Below are positions 50,400-61,633 of a stretch of DNA of 64,000 nt, one piece after another. The position numbers and the translations under genes were made by a program. The notes under the pieces are model-generated. The model did no database searches. It saw only the letters and a list, made by a program, of their open reading frames with translations, and was not told the origin of the DNA. The stretch is from Pseudomonadota bacterium. GTDB taxonomy: Bacteria; Myxococcota; JACRCW01; JAFGSX01. The DNA lies in the NCBI GenBank assembly GCA_043821645.1, contig JBDRCO010000022.1, positions 1,676 to 65,675 on the forward strand. Direction: 5' to 3'. Within the stretch, counting starts at the first letter, position 1, and each line of letters starts with the position of its first letter.

Positions 50400-51323
50400 G
50401 TGATCGGTGTCGTCGTGGTGTTCGAGGAGCACTCCAGCATGCCCCAGGTGGTGGCCGCGGACCGCGAGCTGCTGGGCGCCCCGGTGCTGGCCCGCGCCAT
50501 CGCCAGTACCATCCCGGCCGAGCGCGAGGCCCAGGTCGTGGTCGCGGTGCCCGGCGCCCAGGTCGAACGCGTGCGCGAGGACGTGGTCCGTCGCTACGGC
50601 CTGATCGAAGTGGTCGAGGTTGTGACCTGGCAGGGCGATCTGCGAGCGACCGTGGGCGCGGCCCTCGAGCGCTTCGGTGACGGTGTCGAGCTGGTGCTGT
50701 TGCACGACGGACGCCGCCCCCTGGTCACCCACGCCACCTGCCAGCAGCTCATCACCAGCGCCCTCGAACAGGGCGCGGCCGCCCCGGTGCTGGCCACGAC
50801 CGAGTTCAGCATCGTGCGCGAGGACGGTGGCCTGCGCCAGGGCCCGGACCATCTCGGTCTGCTGCAGTCACCCATCGCGGCCCAGCGCGACCGCATGGCC
50901 TCGGCCCTGGCTCACGGGGGTGCCGCGGGGGCCAACCTGTACACGCTGCTCCTGGTCGACGGTGGACGGGTGGCAGAAATAGACGGCGAGCGCGACAACC
51001 TGTTGATCCGCGATGAATCTGATCTGTCCCGCGCCATCGAGGTGTGGAGTCGCCGAGCCATCGACTACCCCTTCTTGTGGCCGCGGCCGGATCGCTTCGA
51101 CGAGGCCGAGCGCGAGGCCGGAGACGAGAGAGGCAGCTCGAGCGGTGCCGTGGCCAGCGCGTCCATCGATCAGATGCTGGCCGCAGGCGTTGCTCAGGAC
51201 GAGACCGAGGCACCCTTTGACGAGGCCATGGCCAGCCTGGCAGACGAGGTCCCCGGGACGGACGATGCCGAGACTTCCCACGAGGACGAGCCCTCGGATT
51301 CCGGCGGCCCCTACGCCGAGTAA
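50400..51323 (+). CDS. IspD/TarI-like cytidylyltransferase-fold protein, degenerate, with acidic tail
   Basis: GGAGG RBS plus GTG; LLGAPVLARAI, VLLHDGRRPLV, LQSP, DNLLIR...DL; lacks AAGxGxR. Confidence 0.75.
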   Translation: MIGVVVVFEEHSSMPQVVAADRELLGAPVLARAIASTIPAEREAQVVVAVPGAQVERVREDVVRRYGLIEVVEVVTWQGDLRATVGAALERFGDGVELVLLHDGRRPLVTHATCQQLITSALEQGAAAPVLATTEFSIVREDGGLRQGPDHLGLLQSPIAAQRDRMASALAHGGAAGANLYTLLLVDGGRVAEIDGERDNLLIRDESDLSRAIEVWSRRAIDYPFLWPRPDRFDEAEREAGDERGSSSGAVASASIDQMLAAGVAQDETEAPFDEAMASLADEVPGTDDAETSHEDEPSDSGGPYAE

Positions 51324-51365
51324 GCAATCCCAAGCAGTCGTCCGCGGACGACGAGGCATCGGGTC

Positions 51366-52016
51366 ATGAGCCTGTCCGAGCAACGCCAGCAGTTCTCGCG
51401 CCGCCAGAGGGGCAAGACCCTGCAGGCAGCACTCATGGTGTTTGTCATCGGTCTGTGCGGGACCATGATCGCGGACCTGTGGGACGACGTGCGCTACGAC
51501 CTCTCCACCCAGCCGGTGCGCGATCTCGGTCGCGCCGAGGAAGCGAGCCTGGACCTGGCCGAGGTCCCCGACGACTGCTACGTCAAGATCCGGGGCATCA
51601 TCGGCAACCGTGGCGCGGTGGTCAAAGGCGGCCGTGTGAGCGCGCTGGTCTACCCCGAGCGCTGGTACAGGCAGCTCGTGGGCAGCCCGATCCTCATCGA
51701 GATCGAGGTGGGCGAGGACGAGGCCCGGCGCGAGCGCTACAGCATGTTCACCGAGCTCACCATCCAGGGCCGGGCGCGGCGTCTTCACGCCCACAGCGAG
51801 TTCGCCAACGTGCTGGCCTTCTACAAGAATCGCTACGGCTATGAGGTCCCGCCCCGCGGCGTGGTGATCTCGGTGGACCGCATCCCGGGGCAACAGCATG
51901 GCGCGCTCATCGGCGTGATCCTGCTTTGCCTGGTCGCGCTGTCCAACATCGGGCTGCTGGTGCTGCTGATCCGCCGCAAGCCCCGCATCGAGGCCACCGC
52001 CCCGGACCAGGACTGA
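51366..52016 (+). CDS. Hypothetical membrane protein (two TM helices)
   Basis: GAGG RBS; hydrophobic helices near both ends. Confidence 0.75.
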   Translation: MSLSEQRQQFSRRQRGKTLQAALMVFVIGLCGTMIADLWDDVRYDLSTQPVRDLGRAEEASLDLAEVPDDCYVKIRGIIGNRGAVVKGGRVSALVYPERWYRQLVGSPILIEIEVGEDEARRERYSMFTELTIQGRARRLHAHSEFANVLAFYKNRYGYEVPPRGVVISVDRIPGQQHGALIGVILLCLVALSNIGLLVLLIRRKPRIEATAPDQD

Positions 52017-52159
52017 GCCTCAGCCAGCGGCCGCGATCCCCCCCTCCGCATCGTGCGTTGCCGACCGTGCCCGGGCATGCTATTCGGCCACCACACTTGA
52101 GGTGGGTCCTTTTTCTGGTGCGGCACGCAGCACCAGGACCGCGCACAGGAGAGCTTGTC

Positions 52160-53989
52160 ATGAAGAAATTCGCCGGCATCGCGCTCGTCTTGCTGACCGC
52201 ACTGTGGCCCCTGGCATCCCGCGCCCAGGTCGACGGCGGCTCCACGGACCTGTTTCTGGGGACCTGCACGCCGGACAGCTATGAAGCCAACAACGACATC
52301 TCCACCGCGAAGCCCGTCACCGAGGGCACGATAGGCAACCTGACCGCCTGCGACAACGACGAGAACGACTGGTACAGCATCACCGTCCCCGCCAACGCCG
52401 GCATCGTCGTCGACATCGCCTTCCTCCACGCGCACGCAGACCTGGATCTGTACCTCTACGACGCGGCGGCGACGGGCACTCCCGTGCACAGCTCCAGCTC
52501 GACCTCGGACAACGAGAAGGTCTACAAGATGATCTTCGCGACCCAGACCAACGTGCTGATCAAGGTCCTGAACTACGACTGGGAAGACAGCATGTGGGCG
52601 CCCTACACCATGACCGTGGCCATCCACCCCGGTGGCTATGACCCCTGCGCCCCCGACGACAGCTACGAGCCCAACGACACCTCGGCCACGGCCAAGCCCG
52701 TGACCGCCGGCTCGCCCATCACCAACCTGATCGGGTGCGACGAGGACTGGTACAGCATCAGCGTGCCGGCCAACAACGGCATCGTGGTCGACGCCACCTT
52801 CCTGGATGACGACGGCAACCTCGATCTCTACCTGTATGACGCCGCCGCCACCGCCACCTCGCTGCACAGCTCGCTGAGCTACACCGACAACGAGCGCGTG
52901 TACAAGGAGCTGTTCACCACCGCCACCAACGTGCTCATCCGCGTCCGCCAGTCGGCCTATGGACTGCCCGAGCGCGTGTCCTACACCCTGACGGTGGCCC
53001 TGCATCCCGGTGGTTTTGATCCCTGTGCTCCCGATGACGGTCACGAGCCCAACGACACCTCGGCCACGGCCAAGCCCATCACGGCGGGCTCCGAAGTCAC
53101 CGGGCTCGTCGCCTGTGACGACGACTGGTACAGCCTGAGCGTGCCCGCAGACAATGGTCTGGTGGTCGACGCGACCTTCCTCGACGACGATGGCAACATC
53201 GACCTCTACCTGTACGAGGCCGGGGCCACCCCCACCCAGCTGCACAGCTCGACCAGCTACACAGACAACGAGCGCGTGTACGCGGAGCTGTTTGACGCCG
53301 CCACCAACGTGTTGATCCGGGTCCGCTCCGACGGCTCGCGATCGCAGCAAGCCTACAGCCTGACCGCCACTTTGCATGCGGGTGGCTACGACCCCTGCTC
53401 GCCCGACGACAGTTACGAGCCCAACGACGATGAGGCGCACGCGGCGGCCCTCACGGTGCCCGGCACCTTCACCAGCCTGGTGGGCTGCGACAGCGACTGG
53501 TACAGCTTCAGCCTGCCCGCGGGCCAGGGCGCCACGGTCGACATCGACTTCACCGACGACGATGCGGACCTGGACCTGTACATCTACGAGGCCGCCGACA
53601 CGAGCACTGCGGTGGATTCGTCGACCGGGACCTCGGACACCGAGGAGGTGTGTGCGGACCCGGTGTCGGCCGCCACAGACATGCTCATCCGCGTGCGCAA
53701 CTTCAGCCAGAGCAGCGGCGGCACCTCGGACTACACCATGACCGTCACCCTGCAAAACACGCAATGCTCGGGCAGCAGCCCCGACGGCGGCGTGGTCACC
53801 ACCGACGCGAGCGCCACCGACACCAGCGGCGGGCAGGATACCCGAAACGGTGGCACGGACGCGGCCTCGGCCGATGCCGGTGACGGCGGCGGTGGCGGCT
53901 GCCTGTGCAGTGGCGCTCGCCTCAGTGGCAGCGGTGCCCTGCTGGTGCTCGGCCTGGCCCTGGTGGCCGTGCGTCGACGACGACGCTGA
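52160..53989 (+). CDS. Surface protein with four PPC-like repeats and MYXO-CTERM-like anchor
   Basis: Signal peptide; four copies of D.(Y/H)E.ND...C..DWYS...D.YLY...D.E.V; C-terminal GGCLCS, TM helix, RRRRR. Confidence 0.85.
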   Translation: MKKFAGIALVLLTALWPLASRAQVDGGSTDLFLGTCTPDSYEANNDISTAKPVTEGTIGNLTACDNDENDWYSITVPANAGIVVDIAFLHAHADLDLYLYDAAATGTPVHSSSSTSDNEKVYKMIFATQTNVLIKVLNYDWEDSMWAPYTMTVAIHPGGYDPCAPDDSYEPNDTSATAKPVTAGSPITNLIGCDEDWYSISVPANNGIVVDATFLDDDGNLDLYLYDAAATATSLHSSLSYTDNERVYKELFTTATNVLIRVRQSAYGLPERVSYTLTVALHPGGFDPCAPDDGHEPNDTSATAKPITAGSEVTGLVACDDDWYSLSVPADNGLVVDATFLDDDGNIDLYLYEAGATPTQLHSSTSYTDNERVYAELFDAATNVLIRVRSDGSRSQQAYSLTATLHAGGYDPCSPDDSYEPNDDEAHAAALTVPGTFTSLVGCDSDWYSFSLPAGQGATVDIDFTDDDADLDLYIYEAADTSTAVDSSTGTSDTEEVCADPVSAATDMLIRVRNFSQSSGGTSDYTMTVTLQNTQCSGSSPDGGVVTTDASATDTSGGQDTRNGGTDAASADAGDGGGGGCLCSGARLSGSGALLVLGLALVAVRRRRR

Positions 53990-54128
53990 GGCGCGCTCCG
54001 AGGTTCCTGCCAGTCCTTCCCGTCCCCCCCACCTAGACGCCCGTGACGCCGCCCCCGCGCGCAGCCGTGGACGTCTGTGTCCGGGAGCGCTACAACCGCG
54101 GCATCACCGTCGACACCCGAGGACACGC

Positions 54129-55634
<1,506 letters not shown>

Positions 55635-55905
55635 TGCGATAAGTTGAGCAGCACGCGCGCTGGCCGCGCTGAACTTTTCTAACCTCCTGTCATCACATTA
55701 GAAATTAAACTTCCAGGCGCTTCCGGGCCGTGCCGGGCGTTCCTTTCCCTACACTGTCGCCAGCCTGCCGAATCACCGAGTACCTTTCTACTCTTTGATC
55801 TTTTTCAATTTTTTCGGCAACGCCGGCCGGCAGTTTGCGATAAGCTACGAGAAGAGCGATCACCTCACGGGATCAACACCGCGCAGCTTGAAGACGGAGG
55901 ACAAG

Positions 55906-57042
55906 ATGAGTTCGTTGCTGAGCCTGGGAAATTTTAACGTCAACCTCACCGCATCGTTCGGGTTCACCTCATCGAGCCTCGCCAACACGGTCCTGTCGGG
56001 CTTCAATGCTGCTGGCAGTATTGGCGCCTCGCAGATCATGAGCTTCGCCTCGAGCTTCCAGTCCGGAGGCTTCTCGGCGTCGTTCTCTGCCAGCTTCTCG
56101 CGCGGCTTCCCGATGGAGCCGGCGCCGCTGCCGCGGCCTCGACCCGAGCTGTCCGGTCCGCCGGCCGGTAAGGGGCTGGAGAAGGATCCTCCGGGCTGGC
56201 CTGCGGGCTCGGTGCGCACCGCCGGCGGCTACACCGTGGTGCCCGAGGGCAACACCTCGTGGAAGGTCTTCAATCCGGGCCAGAATCCGTCGGACAAGCC
56301 TGCCACCCACGTGCACGGCGACCCCCATGTCACCGAGGCGGACGGCGGCAAGTGGGACTTCACTAAGACCAGTGACTTCACCCTGCCCGACGGCACCAAG
56401 ATCACCGCCAAGACCTCCAGTGAAAAGGGCTACTCGGTGACCAATGGCCTCGAGATCACCAACGGCATGGATCACGTCTCGGTGACCGGGGTCAACGGCA
56501 AGCCGACGACCAGCGCGGTCATGCCGGACGGCTACGAGTACCGGGCGACCCAGAACGCCGCCAATCCGAACCGGCCCGAGTTCAAGCTCGGCGGCGACGG
56601 CGACGACTGGTTCATGGTCAAGGACGGCAAGATGGGCGAGATCACCGGCGCCCACATGGATGGCAAGACCGGGGCCTACGAGCAGCAGGTCGACGGCAAG
56701 GGCTACCGCATCGACCCCAACCTGCGGCCGCCTATCGGCTCGCCGGCCTGGGGCAACATGCTGCGCGACAACGCCCTGGACTTCGTCACCGGCAAGCTGG
56801 GCATGCCGCCCTGGATGGCCGAGAACGTGGGGCAGATGTTCCACCAGGACCACGCCTTTGATCAGCTGTACCAGAACATGCAGGCGCTCTCGCCCTACAC
56901 TGGACCCTTCGGCGGTATGTACGGGATGGCCTTTGGCTTCGGGGGTGCCTTCGATGCCATGAACAACATGGCCGACGCCATGAACAACCTGCAGTATCTG
57001 CAAGCCGCCCAGCTCGGTTTCCGGGCCGGGTTCCTGTACTGA
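55906..57042 (+). CDS. DUF1521-like, Cys-free, Gly/Ser-rich protein
   Basis: GGAGG RBS; HVHGDPHV...WDF...FTLPDGTKIT motif; low-complexity termini. Confidence 0.75.
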   Translation: MSSLLSLGNFNVNLTASFGFTSSSLANTVLSGFNAAGSIGASQIMSFASSFQSGGFSASFSASFSRGFPMEPAPLPRPRPELSGPPAGKGLEKDPPGWPAGSVRTAGGYTVVPEGNTSWKVFNPGQNPSDKPATHVHGDPHVTEADGGKWDFTKTSDFTLPDGTKITAKTSSEKGYSVTNGLEITNGMDHVSVTGVNGKPTTSAVMPDGYEYRATQNAANPNRPEFKLGGDGDDWFMVKDGKMGEITGAHMDGKTGAYEQQVDGKGYRIDPNLRPPIGSPAWGNMLRDNALDFVTGKLGMPPWMAENVGQMFHQDHAFDQLYQNMQALSPYTGPFGGMYGMAFGFGGAFDAMNNMADAMNNLQYLQAAQLGFRAGFLY

Positions 57043-57081
57043 CGAGCGACTAGCCTACATTCCTGAGGTCTGCTACAAAGG

Positions 57082-57114
57082 GCCCTGCCGCGAACCGGCA
57101 GGGCTCCTTTTTTT
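57082..57114 (+). terminator. Rho-independent terminator
   Basis: GCCCTGCCG-cgaac-CGGCAGGGC followed by TCC and T7. Confidence 0.85.
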
Positions 57115-57235
57115 GATGTGCGCACGACGGCGCATCGAGGCTATGAGCCCACGGCAGGGCGTGGGGAGGCGTGATCGCATCAGGCTCGTGGCGCTGCCCG
57201 CAGAGGCGAGAAGCGGCGTCGCGAAGGAGTGAACG

Positions 57236-57988
57236 ATGGCGACCAAGGCAAAAGGTCCCGCGGGTGACAAGCTCAAGAAGAAGAAGTCCGAATCACCTCC
57301 GGCGCCTGCAGCGGCGGGGCTGGGCACAGCGGTGGCTTCCCGCGAGCCGGTGACCCTGGCCTACGACGCGGCCCTGCTCAACGACTTCGTGCTGGGCAAC
57401 ATCACCCTGGGCGAACTCGAGGGCATCACCAAGAAGGTGCAGTACGAGATCGCGGAGCGCGGGTTCAAGCTGCTCAACGAGGGCAAGCTCGATCAGGCCG
57501 AGCGCATCTTCAAGGGGCTCATCACCCTGGACCCTTTTGACAGCTACTTCCACACCGTGCTCGGGAGCATCCACCAGCGCCGCGACCTCAAGGACGAGGC
57601 CATCGAGGAGTACAGCCGTGCCCTCAAGGTCAACCCCTACAACGCGACGGCTCTGGCCAACCGGGGTGAGATCTTCTTCCAGCAGGGCCGCGTGCTCGAA
57701 GCAACGCAGGACATCCAGTCCGCCATCGAGTTCGATCCCGACTGCCGCGAGCCCGCCACCGTGCGCTGCCGCGTGCTCGCCATGGCCCTGGCCAAGACCA
57801 TCGAGGAGAACAAGGACAAGATCCTGGCCACCATGGCCAAGGCGAAAAAGAGCAGTGCTCCGAAGGGCGACGCCAAGAGCGCTGCCAAGGCCAAGAGCGG
57901 TGACAAGCCCAAGGCCAAGGCCAAGACCGCGAGTCCCGCGGCCAGCAAGACCGACAAGAAGCCCGCCAAGAAACCCGTCAAGAAATGA
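57236..57988 (+). CDS. SycD/LcrH-like TPR chaperone with Lys/Ala-rich tail
   Basis: TLGELEGIT...YEIAERGF.LL..GK..QAERIFKGLITLDP, three TPRs. Confidence 0.75.
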   Translation: MATKAKGPAGDKLKKKKSESPPAPAAAGLGTAVASREPVTLAYDAALLNDFVLGNITLGELEGITKKVQYEIAERGFKLLNEGKLDQAERIFKGLITLDPFDSYFHTVLGSIHQRRDLKDEAIEEYSRALKVNPYNATALANRGEIFFQQGRVLEATQDIQSAIEFDPDCREPATVRCRVLAMALAKTIEENKDKILATMAKAKKSSAPKGDAKSAAKAKSGDKPKAKAKTASPAASKTDKKPAKKPVKK

Positions 57989-58011
57989 GGTGTGGGCGAC
58001 CCGCCCCGCCG

Positions 58012-60525
58012 TCAGCCGCGCTCATCCACCCGCCGCATCGCCTCGAGCAACAAGAAGGTGGTCGAGTTGTCGACGTTCTTGTCAGACTGCTGCTCGCCAT
58101 AACGGATCTGGAATGAACCTTCACGTGGTGCTGCCAGCGTGTAGAACGCTGGTTCACCGAGCTGCTCGCCGGCCCGGGCATAGGTGACCTGGCCGCTGAC
58201 GAAGCCGATGAGACCCGACACGCCGTCTGCGAACTGGATGGCGACGGTGGCGGTCTTGCGTCCGAGTTCCAGGGTCTGCACGATCTCGGTGAGCGACATC
58301 TCGGACAGCGAGCCGGCGACGCCTCCCTGGGGCGGCGGTAGTGTCGCCGAGGCGGCCTGGGTCTGCGGCTTGCGCACGATCGAGCGCCGCAGCTTGGAGG
58401 CGAGAAAGTCGAGGTTCAGGGGCATGGGCAAGAAGTCGTCGGCGCCCAGCTCCAGGGCCTTGGACATGTGGTAGTCGTCCGCGCGGCTCGAGAACACGAA
58501 GATGGGGATGTCGCGATAGGCATCCCGCGAGCGCGCGGTGAGGATCAGGTTGTAGCCGTCGACCTTGGGCAGCGAGAGCTCGGTGATCAGTCCCTCGACG
58601 CCACCCTCGTCCAGCGCCTCGCGCGCAAGCTGGCCATCCACCACGTGCCGCACCGAGAAGCCCTCGGACACCAGGCGCGTCTTCAGGCCATCGGCCAGGC
58701 TTTGGTTGCCCGTGGCCAGCAGGAGCAACGAGCCGCCCTCGCCCACGGTCTCGGTGCCGCGATTGGAGTAGACGCGGCGGATGGTCCCCTCGAGCAGGGT
58801 CCGCGGGGCCACCACGACCTCAGCGGTCTGGGCCGCGATGAGGATGCGCGCCTCGTTGATGGTCGACTTGTCGTTGGGATCGGCGACCGCCAGGGACACC
58901 CGCCGCGCCGAGAAGTCGTAGCCAATGGGCAGGATGCGCTTGGCGCTGGCGTAGGCCTCGGGCAAGGAGTTGAGGAGCTGCACCGGGACCTCGACCTGCT
59001 GCAGATCGTCGGCGCCGATGAGGGACAGACCCGCCTGCCGTGCCAGGGCCTGGGCCAGCCGCAGCTCGTCGAGGTGACCTAGGCGCGCCAGGATCTCCCC
59101 CAGACGGCCACCCTGTTGCGGTTGCAGCTCGAGGGCCTGCTGCACCGCCGCCGGGCTCACGGCCCCCATGTCGATCAGGATCTCACCCAGGCGTCGGGGG
59201 TCTGGCCCCGCGGCGCGCTTTTCGCGGATCACGGCCATGCGCTTGAGTGGCAGGGCGGCGAGCTGGGCTCCCCGTTCCGGAGCGGCCGCAGCAGCGGGCT
59301 GGGGGCGCATCGCTGTCGCCGGCCGAGGCGCGACCGGAGGTGTCGTGGGTCGCGCCGCGACAGGGCCTGGCGTGGCGACAGCCGGGGTATGCACCACGAC
59401 CGCAGGCAGAGCCCCTGGTGTGGGTGCAAAGGGCGCGCTTGCCTTGTCGGCCGCGCGTGCCGGTTCGTCGGTGATGTCGTAGAAATCATCCACGGTTCGG
59501 GGGCCTGTGCCCTCGAAAGACGTGCCGACCATCGGCGCCGCGGGACTGCCAGGGGCCGCAGGCGCGGGTGGCGACGGCGCTTCGGGGCGCGGTTGCGCAG
59601 CAGGAGCGACCACCGCAAGCGGCGGCGAGCCGAAGTCGATGGGAGCGGGCAGAGGCACGGGAGCCGCGGCGACGGGCGGAGGTGGCACGGGCGACCTCGC
59701 CGGTGGTGACACAGGTGGTGCTGCCGGTGGCTGCGCCAGGCCAAAGCTGCGCACCCAGTTGGCCAGCTGTGCGCTGCTGGTCTGGGCACCCACCACGGTC
59801 ATCTCCGCGCGCAGGGCCTCGGCGAAGGCTGCGGCATCACTGGACAGCCTGTCCTCACCGGAGAGTCCCAGGCCGCGAATCACCACCGGTTCGAAGCGAG
59901 CGCGGATGGTGCGCTGCTGCTCCTGCTGGGCCGACGGCAGGGGGCGCGAGGCGCTGGCGTTGAGGACCTCGTACAGCAGGGCCGCGGATCCTGCCACGTC
60001 GAGTCTGGGACCTGTGGGCGTCTGGGCCCGGCAGAGCTCGGCGCCGATGAGGGAGGCATCGCCGTTCTCGGCCACCAGCACGTGCGAGGCGTTCACCTCG
60101 CCATGCGCCAGGGGCATACCCTCCGCATCCCGCTGGTGATGCAGGGCCGTGAGGGCGCTGAGCACATCAAAGACCACTCCCAAGGCCAGCTCGAAGGGCA
60201 GAAAAAGCTGGCGTGCCTTGGTCTCGACCAGCAGGCGCGACAGATCGAGGGCAGGTGGCGCCGCTCGCACCAGGTAGACCTGGCCGCTGTGTTCCGCGAC
60301 GTCCACGGGCACCACCAGCTGCGTGCAACTTCGCAGCGATTCCAGGCGCTGGATCCGATCCCGCAGGCCCGCCAGGATCTCGATGCCGGGCTGGTGGAAC
60401 AGCTTGAGGATGTAGCAAAACTCGCGCTCCTGGACGGTGCGCGCCACGAACAGATCGGCCTGCCCGCCGCTCGAGATGCGCGGCCCCAGGATGTAGGGAC
60501 CACACTGCTGAAAGTTCTCTGCCAC
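58012..60525 (-). CDS. Pseudokinase - Pro linker - MshEN/GSPII_N - pseudo-receiver - DUF4388 fusion (start may be up to 60579)
   Basis: Kinase-fold remnants, tandem RLGEIL..G motifs, receiver fold, GSLSEMSLTEIVQTL...LLLEAMRRVDE. Confidence 0.85.
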   Translation of the reverse strand: MAENFQQCGPYILGPRISSGGQADLFVARTVQEREFCYILKLFHQPGIEILAGLRDRIQRLESLRSCTQLVVPVDVAEHSGQVYLVRAAPPALDLSRLLVETKARQLFLPFELALGVVFDVLSALTALHHQRDAEGMPLAHGEVNASHVLVAENGDASLIGAELCRAQTPTGPRLDVAGSAALLYEVLNASASRPLPSAQQEQQRTIRARFEPVVIRGLGLSGEDRLSSDAAAFAEALRAEMTVVGAQTSSAQLANWVRSFGLAQPPAAPPVSPPARSPVPPPPVAAAPVPLPAPIDFGSPPLAVVAPAAQPRPEAPSPPAPAAPGSPAAPMVGTSFEGTGPRTVDDFYDITDEPARAADKASAPFAPTPGALPAVVVHTPAVATPGPVAARPTTPPVAPRPATAMRPQPAAAAAPERGAQLAALPLKRMAVIREKRAAGPDPRRLGEILIDMGAVSPAAVQQALELQPQQGGRLGEILARLGHLDELRLAQALARQAGLSLIGADDLQQVEVPVQLLNSLPEAYASAKRILPIGYDFSARRVSLAVADPNDKSTINEARILIAAQTAEVVVAPRTLLEGTIRRVYSNRGTETVGEGGSLLLLATGNQSLADGLKTRLVSEGFSVRHVVDGQLAREALDEGGVEGLITELSLPKVDGYNLILTARSRDAYRDIPIFVFSSRADDYHMSKALELGADDFLPMPLNLDFLASKLRRSIVRKPQTQAASATLPPPQGGVAGSLSEMSLTEIVQTLELGRKTATVAIQFADGVSGLIGFVSGQVTYARAGEQLGEPAFYTLAAPREGSFQIRYGEQQSDKNVDNSTTFLLLEAMRRVDERG

Positions 60526-60633
60526 GTCCGTCGTCACCTCGCGGTCGCCGCGCGGACTCGCGCCGGCGTTCCATAGCATCGGCTCCGGACTACAGGCAAC
60601 AGCCGCGACAACCCAGCCTCCCGGCTGTGGGGC

Positions 60634-60873
60634 TCAAGATCGGCAGTCGGGAAAGCTGATCGCGTTGTCACGCGCCGACTCGCAGGCCTCGGTCACGCCG
60701 CGGCGAGACATATCGCGGGCGCTCACACAGGCGCTGACGCTGGCACAGGCATCGTCGCTGCCGCAGGTTTCCTGGACCAGCACCACACAGGGGTCGGCCC
60801 CACAGCCGACCACGCCGCCCAGCCCCAGGCCGAACATGAGGACCTGCAGAACTCCGCGCCTCCCGTTCCTCAT
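60634..60873 (-). CDS. Small Cys-rich lipoprotein
   Basis: VVGC lipobox plus six further Cys; ATGA overlap with rpe. Confidence 0.65.
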   Translation of the reverse strand: MRNGRRGVLQVLMFGLGLGGVVGCGADPCVVLVQETCGSDDACASVSACVSARDMSRRGVTEACESARDNAISFPDCRS

Positions 60874-61535
60874 GCCGGCACATCCGCGCGCAGCCCGGCG
60901 ATGGCGCGTGCATAGTCCGCCTGCTTGAAAACAGCAGTACCAGCCACCAGCACGTCACAGCCGGCTTCCTGGATCACGCCGGCATTGGAGGATTCGACGC
61001 CACCATCGACCTCGACATGAACCTGCGGACGCCCCGCCTCGCGCAGCATCGCCCGGATTGCACGCACCTTGTCGAGAATCCGGGGTAGAAAGCGTTGCCC
61101 GCCGAATCCCGGATTGACCGACATGCAGAGCACCAGGTCCACGTCGTCGAGAACATAGCGCAGCCCGTCGGGGTGGGTTCCAGGATTGAAGGCAAGACCC
61201 GCGCGCGCGCCCAGGCGCCGGATCTCGGCCAGGGTGCGTTGCACATGGGGGCACGCCTCGACGTGGACGGTGACCAGATCGGCTCCTGCCCCGGCAAAGG
61301 CCTCGAGGTAATGCTCGGGCTCCACGATCATCAGGTGCACGTCCAGGGGCAGTCGCGTGGCTCGACGGACCGCCGCCACGACCTGTGGCCCTATGGTCAG
61401 GTTGGGCACGAAACGCCCATCCATGACGTCGATGTGTATCCAGTCCGCCCCGGCTTCCTCGACGGCGCGGATCTCCTCGGCCAGGCGACCGAAGTCTGCG
61501 CTCAGGATCGAAGGTGCAACGATCGACGAGGGCAT
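60870..61535 (-). CDS. rpe: Ribulose-phosphate 3-epimerase
   Basis: APSILSADF, HIDVMDGRFVPNLTIG, DVHLM, MSVNPGFGGQ, VDGGV, LVAGTAVF. Confidence 0.98.
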   Translation of the reverse strand: MPSSIVAPSILSADFGRLAEEIRAVEEAGADWIHIDVMDGRFVPNLTIGPQVVAAVRRATRLPLDVHLMIVEPEHYLEAFAGAGADLVTVHVEACPHVQRTLAEIRRLGARAGLAFNPGTHPDGLRYVLDDVDLVLCMSVNPGFGGQRFLPRILDKVRAIRAMLREAGRPQVHVEVDGGVESSNAGVIQEAGCDVLVAGTAVFKQADYARAIAGLRADVPA

Positions 61536-61633
61536 GCCACTCCTTGCGGGCTGCCGGAAAGCTCGCCCGATGCTATGGTGTAGGCTATCATATCCACTTC
61601 GTGGCGCTTGGTCGCCCGTGACATGGGAGGGTC

